A DNA stretch of 64,000 bases from Polyangiales bacterium (lineage in GTDB: Bacteria > Myxococcota_A > Polyangia > Polyangiales > JADJQN01), in assembly GCA_964202905.1 (NCBI GenBank), contig CAXNJO010000014.1, forward strand, positions 1 to 64,000. Reading direction: 5' to 3'. The notes below the pieces were generated by a model. It saw only the letters and a list, made by a program, of their open reading frames with translations. It had not been told where the DNA came from and made no database searches. Shown here piece after piece: positions 9,732 to 18,797 of this stretch (position 1 is its first letter; each line of letters opens with the position of its first letter). The position numbers were made by a program, and so were the translations under genes.

Positions 9732-10961
9732 TCAGCGAACGGTGCCGGTGAACCGCGTGAAACCTTGGGGAACCTCCGGGTCGGTGTCGACGGCGAGCCC
9801 GATCGCGACGCCGCTCACCGCCACCACGCCGATCGCCGTCCAGAACCACCACTGCTGCCAGAGCGGGCGCGCGGGAACGACGACGCGCGGACGTTCGTCG
9901 GGCGGCGCCTCGACATTCCCCGCGAGGTCGACGCCCTCGTAGAGCTCCGCCACGAGCGCCGTCGTGCGCGCCGTCGCGTCCGCGTCCGTCACCGAGACCT
10001 GCTTCTGCTTCAGCAGGAAGCGGGTTCGCAGGTCATAGAGATACAGGGACACGTCGACGCCGCCGGTGCGGCCCGGGCGCAGCAGCCCGATGACGGCCTG
10101 GTTCGCGAAGAGATAACCTGTGAGCCCGGCGATCACGGGCCCCGCGCGCGGCTCCCCGAGTTCGCCGGGGAGTCGCGAGAGGTCGCGCTCGAGCAGGAGC
10201 GCGCGCTGGATCGGCTGCAGGGGAAACCGCGCCGTGGCCGTGCGCCCGGCCTCGACCGTCACCCGTGCGATGAGCTTTTCGAAGCCAACGCGCTTGATGG
10301 TGACGAAGTGATCGCCGATGAGGAGTTCGTCGGCGACCGCGGGGGCCGCGCTGAAGCTGCGCCCGTCGATGAACACCTCGCCCCCGGCCGGCTCCGAGAC
10401 GATCTGCACCGTGCCCCTCTGGCCAGCGAGCACGCGCTCCTTCACCTGCGCAAAAAGTGAAGCGTATTCGGACGGATAGCGGGACTCGTCGTATTCGATC
10501 GACTCGCGGAACGTGACGACGCGTCCGAACGCCTCGCCGCAGGCGCGGCGCTGGTTCATCGCGCACAGCGCGACGGCCTGCAGCATGTAGGCGTCGGTCA
10601 GGGCGGCGCGCTTCACGGCGGCGAGCGCCATCTCGAACGCGCCGATCGCGGCCTCGGCCCGGCGCTGCGCCTCCGCGGGGTCACCCGCCCGCACCAACTC
10701 GGCGATGGCGTCGAGGTCATCGACGGCGGCCTGGATCTCCTCCGGCACGCTGGCATCCGAGAGCAGCTCGACCGGATCCGCGAAACGCAGGCGCCGGTCG
10801 GCCTCGATGCCGCGGCGCACACCGACGCCGATGTTCGTCACTTGCGCGGGCGTGACACCGTCTTCGCCGACGAGCAGCGCCGTCGCGGTCACGCGTCGCC
10901 CCTCGCCCTCCTGCGCCGACGCCACGCTCACGGTGCTGGTCAGGGTGGCCATGACGAGCAT
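9732..10961 (-). CDS. Exported PEGA-domain/TPR-like protein with C-terminal WWFWT hydrophobic segment
   Basis: Signal peptide (..VASAQE), VSEPAGGEVFIDG PEGA motif, C-terminal WQQWWFWTAIGVVAV; start approximate. Confidence 0.8.
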   Translation of the reverse strand: MLVMATLTSTVSVASAQEGEGRRVTATALLVGEDGVTPAQVTNIGVGVRRGIEADRRLRFADPVELLSDASVPEEIQAAVDDLDAIAELVRAGDPAEAQRRAEAAIGAFEMALAAVKRAALTDAYMLQAVALCAMNQRRACGEAFGRVVTFRESIEYDESRYPSEYASLFAQVKERVLAGQRGTVQIVSEPAGGEVFIDGRSFSAAPAVADELLIGDHFVTIKRVGFEKLIARVTVEAGRTATARFPLQPIQRALLLERDLSRLPGELGEPRAGPVIAGLTGYLFANQAVIGLLRPGRTGGVDVSLYLYDLRTRFLLKQKQVSVTDADATARTTALVAELYEGVDLAGNVEAPPDERPRVVVPARPLWQQWWFWTAIGVVAVSGVAIGLAVDTDPEVPQGFTRFTGTVR

Positions 10962-11002
10962 GGCGGCGAGGCGCACGGTGTACGGCGAGTTCAAGGCGGG
11001 CC

Positions 11003-12382
11003 TCAGAACTGAAGGATGACCTGACCACCCGGGTCGCGGCCGAGTTCGGTCCCGCCACTCGTCGCGACGACGACACCCACGATCGTGGCCGCGACGACCA
11101 CGCCGCCAACCGCCGTCCAGAACCACCACTTCCTGAGCACAGAACCGCTGCTCGCCGCAGGCGTCGGACGCGGCGCGACGACGACCTCACGACGCGCAGG
11201 GATGCGCTCGCGATCCGTCGTCTGCTGGGCACGCAAGCCCGCCTCGAGCCCACCTGCGACGAGCCGCTGCACACCCGCCTCGAGGTCACCGCGCTCGGTC
11301 GCGACCTCGCCGGCGCCGCGGAGCAGACGCCGGCCCGACGCAACGTCGAACAACAGAAGTTCGAGCTCGACCGTGCCCTCCGTGGTGCCCGCGCCCACGC
11401 GGATGACGCCCACCTTGTCGAGTTCGAGGGCCGACGCCACCGACGCGATCGGACCATTCCGCTCGAGGCGCTCGACGCTCGCCTCGGCGATGCCCTCGAA
11501 TGCGTCGTGCAGGCCGGGCGTGCTGGGGTTGTCCTCCATGAACGCGTTCACGGCCCCGGAGCCGCCGCGACGAAGTTCGACGGGCTGCACGAACGGCGCG
11601 GCGCCCGCCCGCGTCACGCGCACGATGTGTTGGCCCGAGACGAGGCCGGTGACCGACATGGGCGTGAGGCCCCGCGGCACGAAATCCACGTAGACGATCG
11701 CCCCCGGCGGGTCGCTTTCGACCGTGATCTGCGCGGTGGGATTCGCCACGTCCGAGGGCGCAGCAGCCTGGAACTTCTGGACGATCTCGGGGTTGAACTC
11801 GTTGGGGTCGGGGCGAACACCCGGCATCTGCGTATGCAGGCGGCGGAAGATGCGGGCCGCGTCCCGGTCGCGGCCCTCGAGCTGGTAGGAGGCGCCGAGC
11901 AGCAGCAGCGCCTGACCGAGATCCGTCGCGTCTTCGACGGCGACCGACGCCGCGTCGAAATCCTCGACGGCGCCCTCGAACTCCCCGATCGCGGCGGCGA
12001 CCTGCAGGTTCGTGTAGGCCTCGCGACCTGCCTCGAGGCGCTGCCGCGCACGCAGGAGCCGATCGGCAATCTGCTGGTCGTAGCCAAGGAAACGCTGATC
12101 CGGCGTCTGCCAGTCGACCCCCTCGACGCCGCGAAGCGAAGCGCGCGCGGCGGCGCCCACACGTGCCGCCGCGGGTTCGAGTTCCGGCGCGCGGGCAACC
12201 GAGACCATGTACACGCGCGGACCGGCCTCGATCCGAGTCGGACCGGTCGGCGCATCCTCGGCAGGCGATTCGGCGTCTTGCGCGCGCCCACGACCCGGCG
12301 CCGTGACGAGCGCCACGGCCGCGAGGAGCACGGCAACGAAGGGGTGGAGGGCGGTCTTGGGGCGAGCCGGGTCAGCGACCAC
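11003..12382 (-). CDS. Exported PEGA-domain/TPR-like protein, paralogue of the downstream gene
   Basis: Signal peptide, VESDPPGAIVYVD PEGA motif, KWWFWTAVGGVVV; GTG start overlaps the upstream gene's stop. Confidence 0.8.
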   Translation of the reverse strand: MVADPARPKTALHPFVAVLLAAVALVTAPGRGRAQDAESPAEDAPTGPTRIEAGPRVYMVSVARAPELEPAAARVGAAARASLRGVEGVDWQTPDQRFLGYDQQIADRLLRARQRLEAGREAYTNLQVAAAIGEFEGAVEDFDAASVAVEDATDLGQALLLLGASYQLEGRDRDAARIFRRLHTQMPGVRPDPNEFNPEIVQKFQAAAPSDVANPTAQITVESDPPGAIVYVDFVPRGLTPMSVTGLVSGQHIVRVTRAGAAPFVQPVELRRGGSGAVNAFMEDNPSTPGLHDAFEGIAEASVERLERNGPIASVASALELDKVGVIRVGAGTTEGTVELELLLFDVASGRRLLRGAGEVATERGDLEAGVQRLVAGGLEAGLRAQQTTDRERIPARREVVVAPRPTPAASSGSVLRKWWFWTAVGGVVVAATIVGVVVATSGGTELGRDPGGQVILQF

Positions 12383-12770
12383 GTTCGAGATCCTTCGTGA
12401 GCTGTTGCAGCGTGGGGTCGGTCGCCAGGGCGTCCCGGAGCAACGCCTCGAGCGCGACTCGGCGCGCCGGCGGGAGTCCGCTCGCGTCCGCTTGCCCGAG
12501 TGTGCGCTCGAGGAGCGTCTGGACGACGGCCGCCGGCGACGTGCGACCGGCGCGCAGGTCACCGATGAGTTCGGCCCCTGCCCCTGGAGCCGCCGCCGTG
12601 TTACGAGCCGCGGTACCGCCCTGGCGCGCGCCCGCGGCAGGTTCCGAAGCGTCGAGCGCGGTGCGGAAAGTGTCGGAGGGCTGCGCGCCCGCGGCGCCAC
12701 GTGCAGGCCCGCCCTCGATCGCGGGCGGGGCTCCCGAGGTGATCCCGGACGGCGGTTTGATGGACGACAT
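12372..12770 (-). CDS. Small hypothetical protein (disordered N-terminus, helical C-terminus)
   Basis: ATG start, fills the operon gap, overlaps the next gene. Confidence 0.7.
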   Translation of the reverse strand: MSSIKPPSGITSGAPPAIEGGPARGAAGAQPSDTFRTALDASEPAAGARQGGTAARNTAAAPGAGAELIGDLRAGRTSPAAVVQTLLERTLGQADASGLPPARRVALEALLRDALATDPTLQQLTKDLERGR

Positions 12771-12837
12771 GAACGCCTCGCAGGGTAACCGTATCGCGCG
12801 CGCGGCCGCAAGGGCGGCGGTGCACGGCGACGCCCCT

Positions 12838-13269
12838 TCAGCGGATGTTCCCGATGGCGTTCTTCACCGTCTCGTGGCGGGCTTTGAGCACGTTCGAGAG
12901 CGCGCTGTAGCGGCGGTTCTCGGACTGCAACTCCTCCTGGATCCGCAGGAAGTAGAGGTTCTGATCGGCCGACTGCGCCAGGACGTTCTCGACGGAGCCC
13001 GATTCCGGGCTGGCCGCCGCGCCGGACGCGCCTTCAGCGCCACCGAGCGGAGAGGTCCCGCCCGCTCGGCCTGCGCCACGCACCGCCGCCGTGACCACCG
13101 ACCCGCCGGGCAGCGCGCCGGCCGCGGCCTCGAGCCCACCGAGCACGACGCTCGCGGAGTCGGCCAACGCCTGACGGAAGCGACCACCGACGCCAGGCGA
13201 CGTGGCGCGGACGGTCGTGACCTCCATGCGGGTGAGCGAGGGAATGGTGGGGCGAACGGGCGTCGTCAT
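12838..13269 (-). CDS. Small helical protein with SctF/PrgI-like C-terminal motif
   Basis: RBS CAGGAG; ends LRIQEELQSENRRYSALSNVLKARHETVKNAIGNIR. Confidence 0.75.
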   Translation of the reverse strand: MTTPVRPTIPSLTRMEVTTVRATSPGVGGRFRQALADSASVVLGGLEAAAGALPGGSVVTAAVRGAGRAGGTSPLGGAEGASGAAASPESGSVENVLAQSADQNLYFLRIQEELQSENRRYSALSNVLKARHETVKNAIGNIR

Positions 13270-13353
13270 GGGTGGGGCTCCTGATGCGGGGGGATGAGCG
13301 GCTCGCGCGCCGCAGCGCCGCTTATCGCGGGCGGTGGCGGCCAGTTGCGCGCC

Positions 13354-13383
13354 TTGACACCCGCGAGGGGCGGTTCCTATAAG
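13354..13383 (+). promoter_or_regulatory. Putative sigma70 promoter upstream of the MerR operon
   Basis: TTGACA-N18-TATAAG. Confidence 0.5.
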
Positions 13384-13393
13384 CAGGCTGGCC

Positions 13394-13987
13394 GTGGGCA
13401 GAGGGGAGCGCGAGGCCGTGCCAGACGACGACGCCGAGACATCGGGGACGGAAGCGGCCGACGCGCGGAGCCGGGCACCGCTTGCGCTCTCGGCGCGCGC
13501 CCCATCGGAGAATGGTTCGGAGGGTCCCTTGCTGACGACGGGCGACATGGCCCGCCTCGGCCGCAGCACCCTTCGAACCGTCCGTTTTTATGAAGAAGCC
13601 GGGCTCCTGAAAGTTGCGCGCCACGAGGGCGGACACCGGCTTTTTTCAGAGACGGAGCTCCACAAGTTGCGACTCGCCTCCGATCTGCGCGAGGCGGGAC
13701 TCTCGCTCAGCGACATCAAAACGCTCTTCGAGCTGAAGGCCCGCTGTGGAAGCGCGGAGGAGGCGAGCGCCAGGCTCGCGGATCACCTCGCGGCGCGGAT
13801 CGACGCGATGCAGGAGAAGATCGCCCTCCTGCGCCGTCTCCGCGAAGAGCTCGCATCCACCGTAGCGGTGATTCAGGAGTGCGGCTCCTGCGACGACCAG
13901 CGCACCTTCCCTGCGCGGTGCTGCGATTGCGAGGTCCTCGCGCGTCCGGATCTACCCCGCGCTGTGCGGCTCCTCTGGAGCAGCTGA
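13394..13987 (+). CDS. MerR-family transcriptional regulator with Cys-rich C-terminus
   Basis: LTTGDMARL..STLRTVRFYEEAGLL..GGHRLF HTH; C-terminal CGSC...CCDC; start uncertain. Confidence 0.9.
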   Translation: MGRGEREAVPDDDAETSGTEAADARSRAPLALSARAPSENGSEGPLLTTGDMARLGRSTLRTVRFYEEAGLLKVARHEGGHRLFSETELHKLRLASDLREAGLSLSDIKTLFELKARCGSAEEASARLADHLAARIDAMQEKIALLRRLREELASTVAVIQECGSCDDQRTFPARCCDCEVLARPDLPRAVRLLWSS

Positions 13988-13990
13988 GCG

Positions 13991-14629
13991 GTGGGTAGCC
14001 ACGACCGCACCCCGCCGAGCACCGCGGCGGGCGCGTCCCGCGCGGTGCCCGATCTCACTCGCGCTGCGCGTGCCATCGACGAGTTCCTCTCCGCGATCGG
14101 CGCGCCCACCGGGGATCCAGAGCTCGCCGGGACGGGGCGGCGCGTCGCGGAGGCGTTCGCGCTCGACCTGCTCTCGGGTTACGGCGAAGACCCTGTCCGC
14201 ATCCTTGCCGAAGGCACGGGTTCACACTCGGCCGGCCTCGTCGTCGTGACGGACCTCGCCGCGGCGACGATCTGCCCCCATCACCTCCTTCCTGCGATGG
14301 GAAACGTGCACGTCGGTTACTTCCCAGGTGAGCGCGTCGTGGGGCTCGGCGCGCTCGGGCGACTGGTCGACTGCTACGCGCGCCGCCTCGCTCTCCAAGA
14401 AGACATCGGCCAGCAGATCGCCGACGCGCTCGTCGCGCACCTCGGGGCGCGCGCGGCCGGGGTCGCGATCGACTTCGAGCAGGCGTGCGTGTCAGCGCGC
14501 GGTGAGCGACGTCATGGTGCGCGCGCCTACACGGTGGCCTTCGCGGGGGCGGCGCAGGATGGCGCTCCCCTGCGCGCGGAACTGCTCCATGCGTTGCCGC
14601 CCGCAACGTCACGGGGGGGCGCGCGATGA
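13991..14629 (+). CDS. folE: GTP cyclohydrolase I (FolE)-like, divergent
   Basis: CPHHLLP, VGYFP, ARRLALQE, CVSARG. Confidence 0.8.
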   Translation: MGSHDRTPPSTAAGASRAVPDLTRAARAIDEFLSAIGAPTGDPELAGTGRRVAEAFALDLLSGYGEDPVRILAEGTGSHSAGLVVVTDLAAATICPHHLLPAMGNVHVGYFPGERVVGLGALGRLVDCYARRLALQEDIGQQIADALVAHLGARAAGVAIDFEQACVSARGERRHGARAYTVAFAGAAQDGAPLRAELLHALPPATSRGGAR

Positions 14630-15309
14630 GCGCCGCGCCGCTGACCGCCGGCGAACTGGCGGTCCTGCCGGTCTTCCCACTGCCGCGAGTCGTATTCTTC
14701 CCGGGTTCGCGTCTGCCCCTGCACCTCTTTGAGCCGCGCTACCGCGCCCTCATCGCGGATTGCCTCGCGAATGGGCCGCACGCCATGGCGATCGCGCTGC
14801 TCGCACCGGGCTGGGAGACGCACTACGCCGGTCGGCCGCCGATCCACGAGGTCGCCGGCGCAGGACGGATCGTGGCGCACGAGCGGCTCGCCGACGGGAC
14901 GTACAACGTCCTCCTCGACGGTGTCGCCCGAGTTCGTCTCGAGGAGCTGGCGGCGGGCGAACTGCCCTATCGCCGCGCACACGCGACCGCGCTCGAGGCA
15001 CCTGAGAGCGAGCAGCCGGTCTCCCGGGCCGACTTGACCGCGCTCGTGTCGGCGGCGTCCGCGATCGCCGCAGAGGTCCGACGTGCCCACGGCGCGTTCT
15101 CGCTCGGCATCGAGCCCGGAGATCCGCCGGGGCAACTCGCGGACACCATCGCCGACCGGCTCGTCGCCGACACCGCGCACCGTCAGGCCATCCTCGAGGC
15201 CGTCGATGTACCCGCGCGTGTGCGCCTCGTGACGGCGACGCTCGCGGAGATTCTCGCTGTCGTCGGCGCCAACGGTCGCACGCCGGGGCGCTCCGACCTC
15301 GCGCATTGA
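14626..15309 (+). CDS. LON peptidase N-terminal substrate-binding domain protein
   Basis: LPVFPL..VVFFPG..LPLHLFEPRYR; DGTYNVLLDG. Confidence 0.92.
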   Translation: MSAAPLTAGELAVLPVFPLPRVVFFPGSRLPLHLFEPRYRALIADCLANGPHAMAIALLAPGWETHYAGRPPIHEVAGAGRIVAHERLADGTYNVLLDGVARVRLEELAAGELPYRRAHATALEAPESEQPVSRADLTALVSAASAIAAEVRRAHGAFSLGIEPGDPPGQLADTIADRLVADTAHRQAILEAVDVPARVRLVTATLAEILAVVGANGRTPGRSDLAH

Positions 15310-15632
15310 TGGAGCGGGCGCGACGCGTCCTGGCGCGCCTGCACCTGGACGATGTGCCTGAGGGCACATTGCGGCGTGTGCCGCATCCGCCGTGGGATCT
15401 CACGGTCGCGCGGATCGGAGGCGAATTCTACGCCATCGAGGACGCGTGCCCCCACAGCGGGCAGAGCCTCGCCCGGGGGCACATCGTGGGGACGCAGGTC
15501 ATTTGCCCCGCGCACGACTGGCATGTCTGCCTGCGCACCGGCCGCGTACTCACCCCGGCAGGCTGCGGCGCCAACGCCGCCTACGAAGTCGCCGTCGAGG
15601 ACGACGCGCTCCTCGTGCTTGCGCCGCCCTGA
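15309..15632 (+). CDS. Rieske [2Fe-2S] ferredoxin
   Basis: DACPHSG and ICPAHDW (CxH...CxxH). Confidence 0.9.
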   Translation: MERARRVLARLHLDDVPEGTLRRVPHPPWDLTVARIGGEFYAIEDACPHSGQSLARGHIVGTQVICPAHDWHVCLRTGRVLTPAGCGANAAYEVAVEDDALLVLAPP

Positions 15633-15835
15633 CCGCGCAGGCCGCAGGCCTTCACCGCCGTGATGCGTCGCGTCATCACGCACATTCGGGGGGCTCGGCG
15701 TCGCCTCGGGCCTGCGGCGAGCCTGGTGCGCGGTACCACATGCCTCGACGCGCAGGACCATCGGCGGGGCCACGGGCCCGCCCCTGACGAAGGGTCCATG
15801 GACGCTCGGGCGCGGTCGTCGGGCCGCGGCGCCGC

Positions 15836-16540
15836 TCAGCGCGAAGGCGCGAGCGCGTCCGCGAAGCGGTCCGTCTGCGCCTCGGGCGCGGGGAGGTCTG
15901 CGTCCTTCGCGAGGTCGGCCGAATCGACGAGGTGGCCCATGCGCGCGCGTTTCGTCGCGAGGTAGGCGCGGCTGAACTCGTTGAGCGGAACGCGCACGGG
16001 AACGCGGGACGACACGACGACGCCATCCGCGCGGAGGAGCTTCACCTTCGACGGGTTATTCGTCATGAGCGCCACCGAGCGTACGCCGAGATCGCTCAGC
16101 ATCGCGGCCGCAACGTCATAACGGCGCAGGTCGTCGCCAAAGCCAAGCAGGCGGTTCGCGTCGACGGTGTCGGCGCCCTTCGCCTGCAGCGCGTATGCAC
16201 GGATCTTGTTGCCGAGGCCGATGCCGCGCCCCTCCTGCCGCAGGTAAAGCACCATCCCGACGCCTTCGGCGCTGATCTTCTTCAACGCGAAGTCGAGTTG
16301 TTCGCGGCAATCACACTTCAGCGAGTGGAGGACCTCGCCCGTGAAACACTCGGAGTGAACGCGGCAGAGCACGTCGCTCTTGCCCGCGACGTCACCCGCC
16401 ACGATGGCCACGTGCTCGTGAGGCGTCCCGCGCTCGTGGAACACAAGAACGCGAAACGCGCCGTACTCCGTGGGGATCTCTGCTTCGGCGTAGAGGAACA
16501 CAGCGGGCTCTAACTTTCGAACGGGCGACGGTGGGGACAT
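15836..16540 (-). CDS. ribA: GTP cyclohydrolase II
   Basis: RVHSECFTGEV..SLKCDC, YLRQEGRGIGLGNKI, LMTNNP. Confidence 0.95.
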   Translation of the reverse strand: MSPPSPVRKLEPAVFLYAEAEIPTEYGAFRVLVFHERGTPHEHVAIVAGDVAGKSDVLCRVHSECFTGEVLHSLKCDCREQLDFALKKISAEGVGMVLYLRQEGRGIGLGNKIRAYALQAKGADTVDANRLLGFGDDLRRYDVAAAMLSDLGVRSVALMTNNPSKVKLLRADGVVVSSRVPVRVPLNEFSRAYLATKRARMGHLVDSADLAKDADLPAPEAQTDRFADALAPSR

Positions 16541-16709
16541 GGATGTCACGTCTTTCTTCGACGGGGACGGCTGCCTATGTAGGGCTTCGTCAGGTGGGGT
16601 CAAGGTCGCCGAACCACCGGCTTGACCCCAGCGTCCCGGTGCGGAACCGCGCGATTGCGCACCGGCGGACCGCGGGTCACAAGCCAAGGCCGTTTTCGCG
16701 GAGTTCTCC

Positions 16710-17177
16710 ATGACGTTCGGCTCGCTGGTGAGGCTCGGCTATTACTTCTTCCGGCAGCTGGTCCGGCGCGTCACGGCGCGCGAGAGCGGGCTCGCGCGCT
16801 TCGAGGCGAACTACGACGCTGATCGCCTGCGTCCATTGACGCCCGACGACCGCGCGCAGTTGCCGAGCTTCTCCGGATGCATCGCGTGCGGGATGTGCGA
16901 TGCGGTATTCGACGCCTACGACCGCACGCCGCGCGGCGAGTTCCGCGGGCCGAGCGACCTGCCCCTCGCGTACACGCGCAACCTGCCCGATTACGACACG
17001 CTGCCGCCCTTCGTCGCACATCTCCGTCAAGGCGACCTCGAGCACCTCGAGCGTGTCTGCCCCGCGCGCATCCCGTTTCGGCGGCTCGCGGTCTTCGTCG
17101 AGCGCCGGGCCGCGGAGCTCGGGCGCGACAGCGACGCGCAGCCAGACACCGACGCGCCATCCGCCTCCGCGCGCTGA
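16710..17177 (+). CDS. Small 4Fe-4S ferredoxin-like protein
   Basis: CIACGMCD and VCP motifs. Confidence 0.7.
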   Translation: MTFGSLVRLGYYFFRQLVRRVTARESGLARFEANYDADRLRPLTPDDRAQLPSFSGCIACGMCDAVFDAYDRTPRGEFRGPSDLPLAYTRNLPDYDTLPPFVAHLRQGDLEHLERVCPARIPFRRLAVFVERRAAELGRDSDAQPDTDAPSASAR

Positions 17178-17195
17178 AAAGCGCCGCGCGCGTTC

Positions 17196-18797
17196 GTGAT
17201 AGACCTCAGCGCCATGGATCCTGCGCTCCCCGACGCGCTTCGACCGGACGCGGGCGCGCACGAGGCGCTCCGTCGCGACCTCGCCGCGCTCGTCGGTGAA
17301 TCACACGTCTCGACGGGAACAGCGGACCGCGTCGCCTATGCGCGGGACCTCTGGCCGCGACACATCATCGGCGTGCGCGCGGGCATCGCCGCGCCGGCGC
17401 CCCCGGCCGTGATCGTGTGGCCTGCGAGCGTCACGGAAGTGGCCGCGGTCGTGGGCTATGCGAGCGCGCGCGGCGTGCCCATCGTGCCGTACGGCGCAGG
17501 CAGCGGCGTTTGCGGCGGCGTGCTGCCTTCGCGTGGCGCGATCGTGCTCGACACCAAGCGGATGCGCGCGGTGCGGTCGATCGACGACGGCCATCTCATC
17601 GTCGATGCGGAGGCGGGCATCCTCGGGCAGCACCTCGAAGATCGCCTCGCGGAACGTGGTTTCACACTCGGCCATTTCCCCTCGTCGATTTACTGCTCGA
17701 CGCTCGGCGGCTGGCTCGCGGGGCGCTCGGCGGGGCAGTGCTCGGGGCGGTACGGCAAGATCGAAGACATGGTGCTCTCTCTCACCTGCGTCGACGGACG
17801 CGGGCAGATACACCACCTCGACGGCGCGGGCGCGGGGCGCGATTCGATCCCGCTCGTCGTCGGCAGCGAGGGGACGCTCGCGGTCATCACGGATGCTCGA
17901 CTCCGCATCGCCCCGGCGCCGCGCGCTCGGCGGTTCGCGTCCTACACGTTTGACACGACCGAGGCGGGCCTCGCCGCGATCCGCGCCATGCTGCAGGCCG
18001 GTCTGCGGCCGGCCGTCTCGCGCCTCTACGACCCGTTCGACTCGCTGATCGCGCGGAGAAATCGACCTCCGAAGGCCCCCTCGGGCGTGGTCGAGGGCCC
18101 CGCTGCGTCCAAGCCCCTGCGCCCTGGCGTCGGCGCACGCCTCCTCACGCGGGCGCTGCGTTCGCCCGGGGCCCTCAACGCCCTCATCGAGAGTCTGCCC
18201 GGGCCCGCGCTCGGCGGTGCGATGCTCGTTCTCGTGTGGGAGGACGAGCCGGCCATCGCGGACGCCGAGGTCGCCGAAGCCGAGCGCCTCTGCACGCAGT
18301 CGGGGGGCCGCTCCACGGGCGAAGAGCCCGCGCGCGCCTGGCTCGCGCGACGGCACAGCGTCAGCTACCGGCAGTCTCCGATGGTCGCGATGGGCGCCTT
18401 CGTCGACACGATGGAGGTCGCGAGCCCTTGGTCGCGGCTGCTGCCGATGTACCACGCGGTGCACCATGCCCTCGCGCCCCACGTGTTCGTGATGGCGCAC
18501 TTCAGCCACGCGTACCCGGACGGGGCGTCGATTTATTTCACCTTCGCCGGGGCCGCGCCGGACGACGCCGCCGCGCTCGCAAAGTACGACGCCGCGTGGC
18601 GCGACGCGCTGCGCGCCGTCGTCGACGCGGGCGGCACGCTCTCGCACCACCACGGCGTCGGCCGCAGCAAGGCGCCCGCGATGCGGCGCGAGCAGGGCGC
18701 GGCGATCGACGTCGTACGCGCGCTCAAGGCGATCCTCGACCCGGCCGGGATCTTCAATCCAGGCGCGCTGATCGGCGAGGCCACCGATGCACGCTGA
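17196..18797 (+). CDS. FAD-binding oxidoreductase, alkyl-DHAP synthase (AGPS)-like
   Basis: PYGAGSGVCGG, GHFPSSIYCSTLGGWLA, YGKIEDMV, SHAYPDGASIYF, SHHHGVG, DPAGIFNPG. Confidence 0.88.
   Translation: MIDLSAMDPALPDALRPDAGAHEALRRDLAALVGESHVSTGTADRVAYARDLWPRHIIGVRAGIAAPAPPAVIVWPASVTEVAAVVGYASARGVPIVPYGAGSGVCGGVLPSRGAIVLDTKRMRAVRSIDDGHLIVDAEAGILGQHLEDRLAERGFTLGHFPSSIYCSTLGGWLAGRSAGQCSGRYGKIEDMVLSLTCVDGRGQIHHLDGAGAGRDSIPLVVGSEGTLAVITDARLRIAPAPRARRFASYTFDTTEAGLAAIRAMLQAGLRPAVSRLYDPFDSLIARRNRPPKAPSGVVEGPAASKPLRPGVGARLLTRALRSPGALNALIESLPGPALGGAMLVLVWEDEPAIADAEVAEAERLCTQSGGRSTGEEPARAWLARRHSVSYRQSPMVAMGAFVDTMEVASPWSRLLPMYHAVHHALAPHVFVMAHFSHAYPDGASIYFTFAGAAPDDAAALAKYDAAWRDALRAVVDAGGTLSHHHGVGRSKAPAMRREQGAAIDVVRALKAILDPAGIFNPGALIGEATDAR

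Noticed and set aside
16541..16709. FMN riboswitch upstream of ribA
   Set aside because: The RFN consensus (AGGGC.GGG.GAAA.TCCC.ACCGGCGGT) is not present; only simple inverted repeats are seen.
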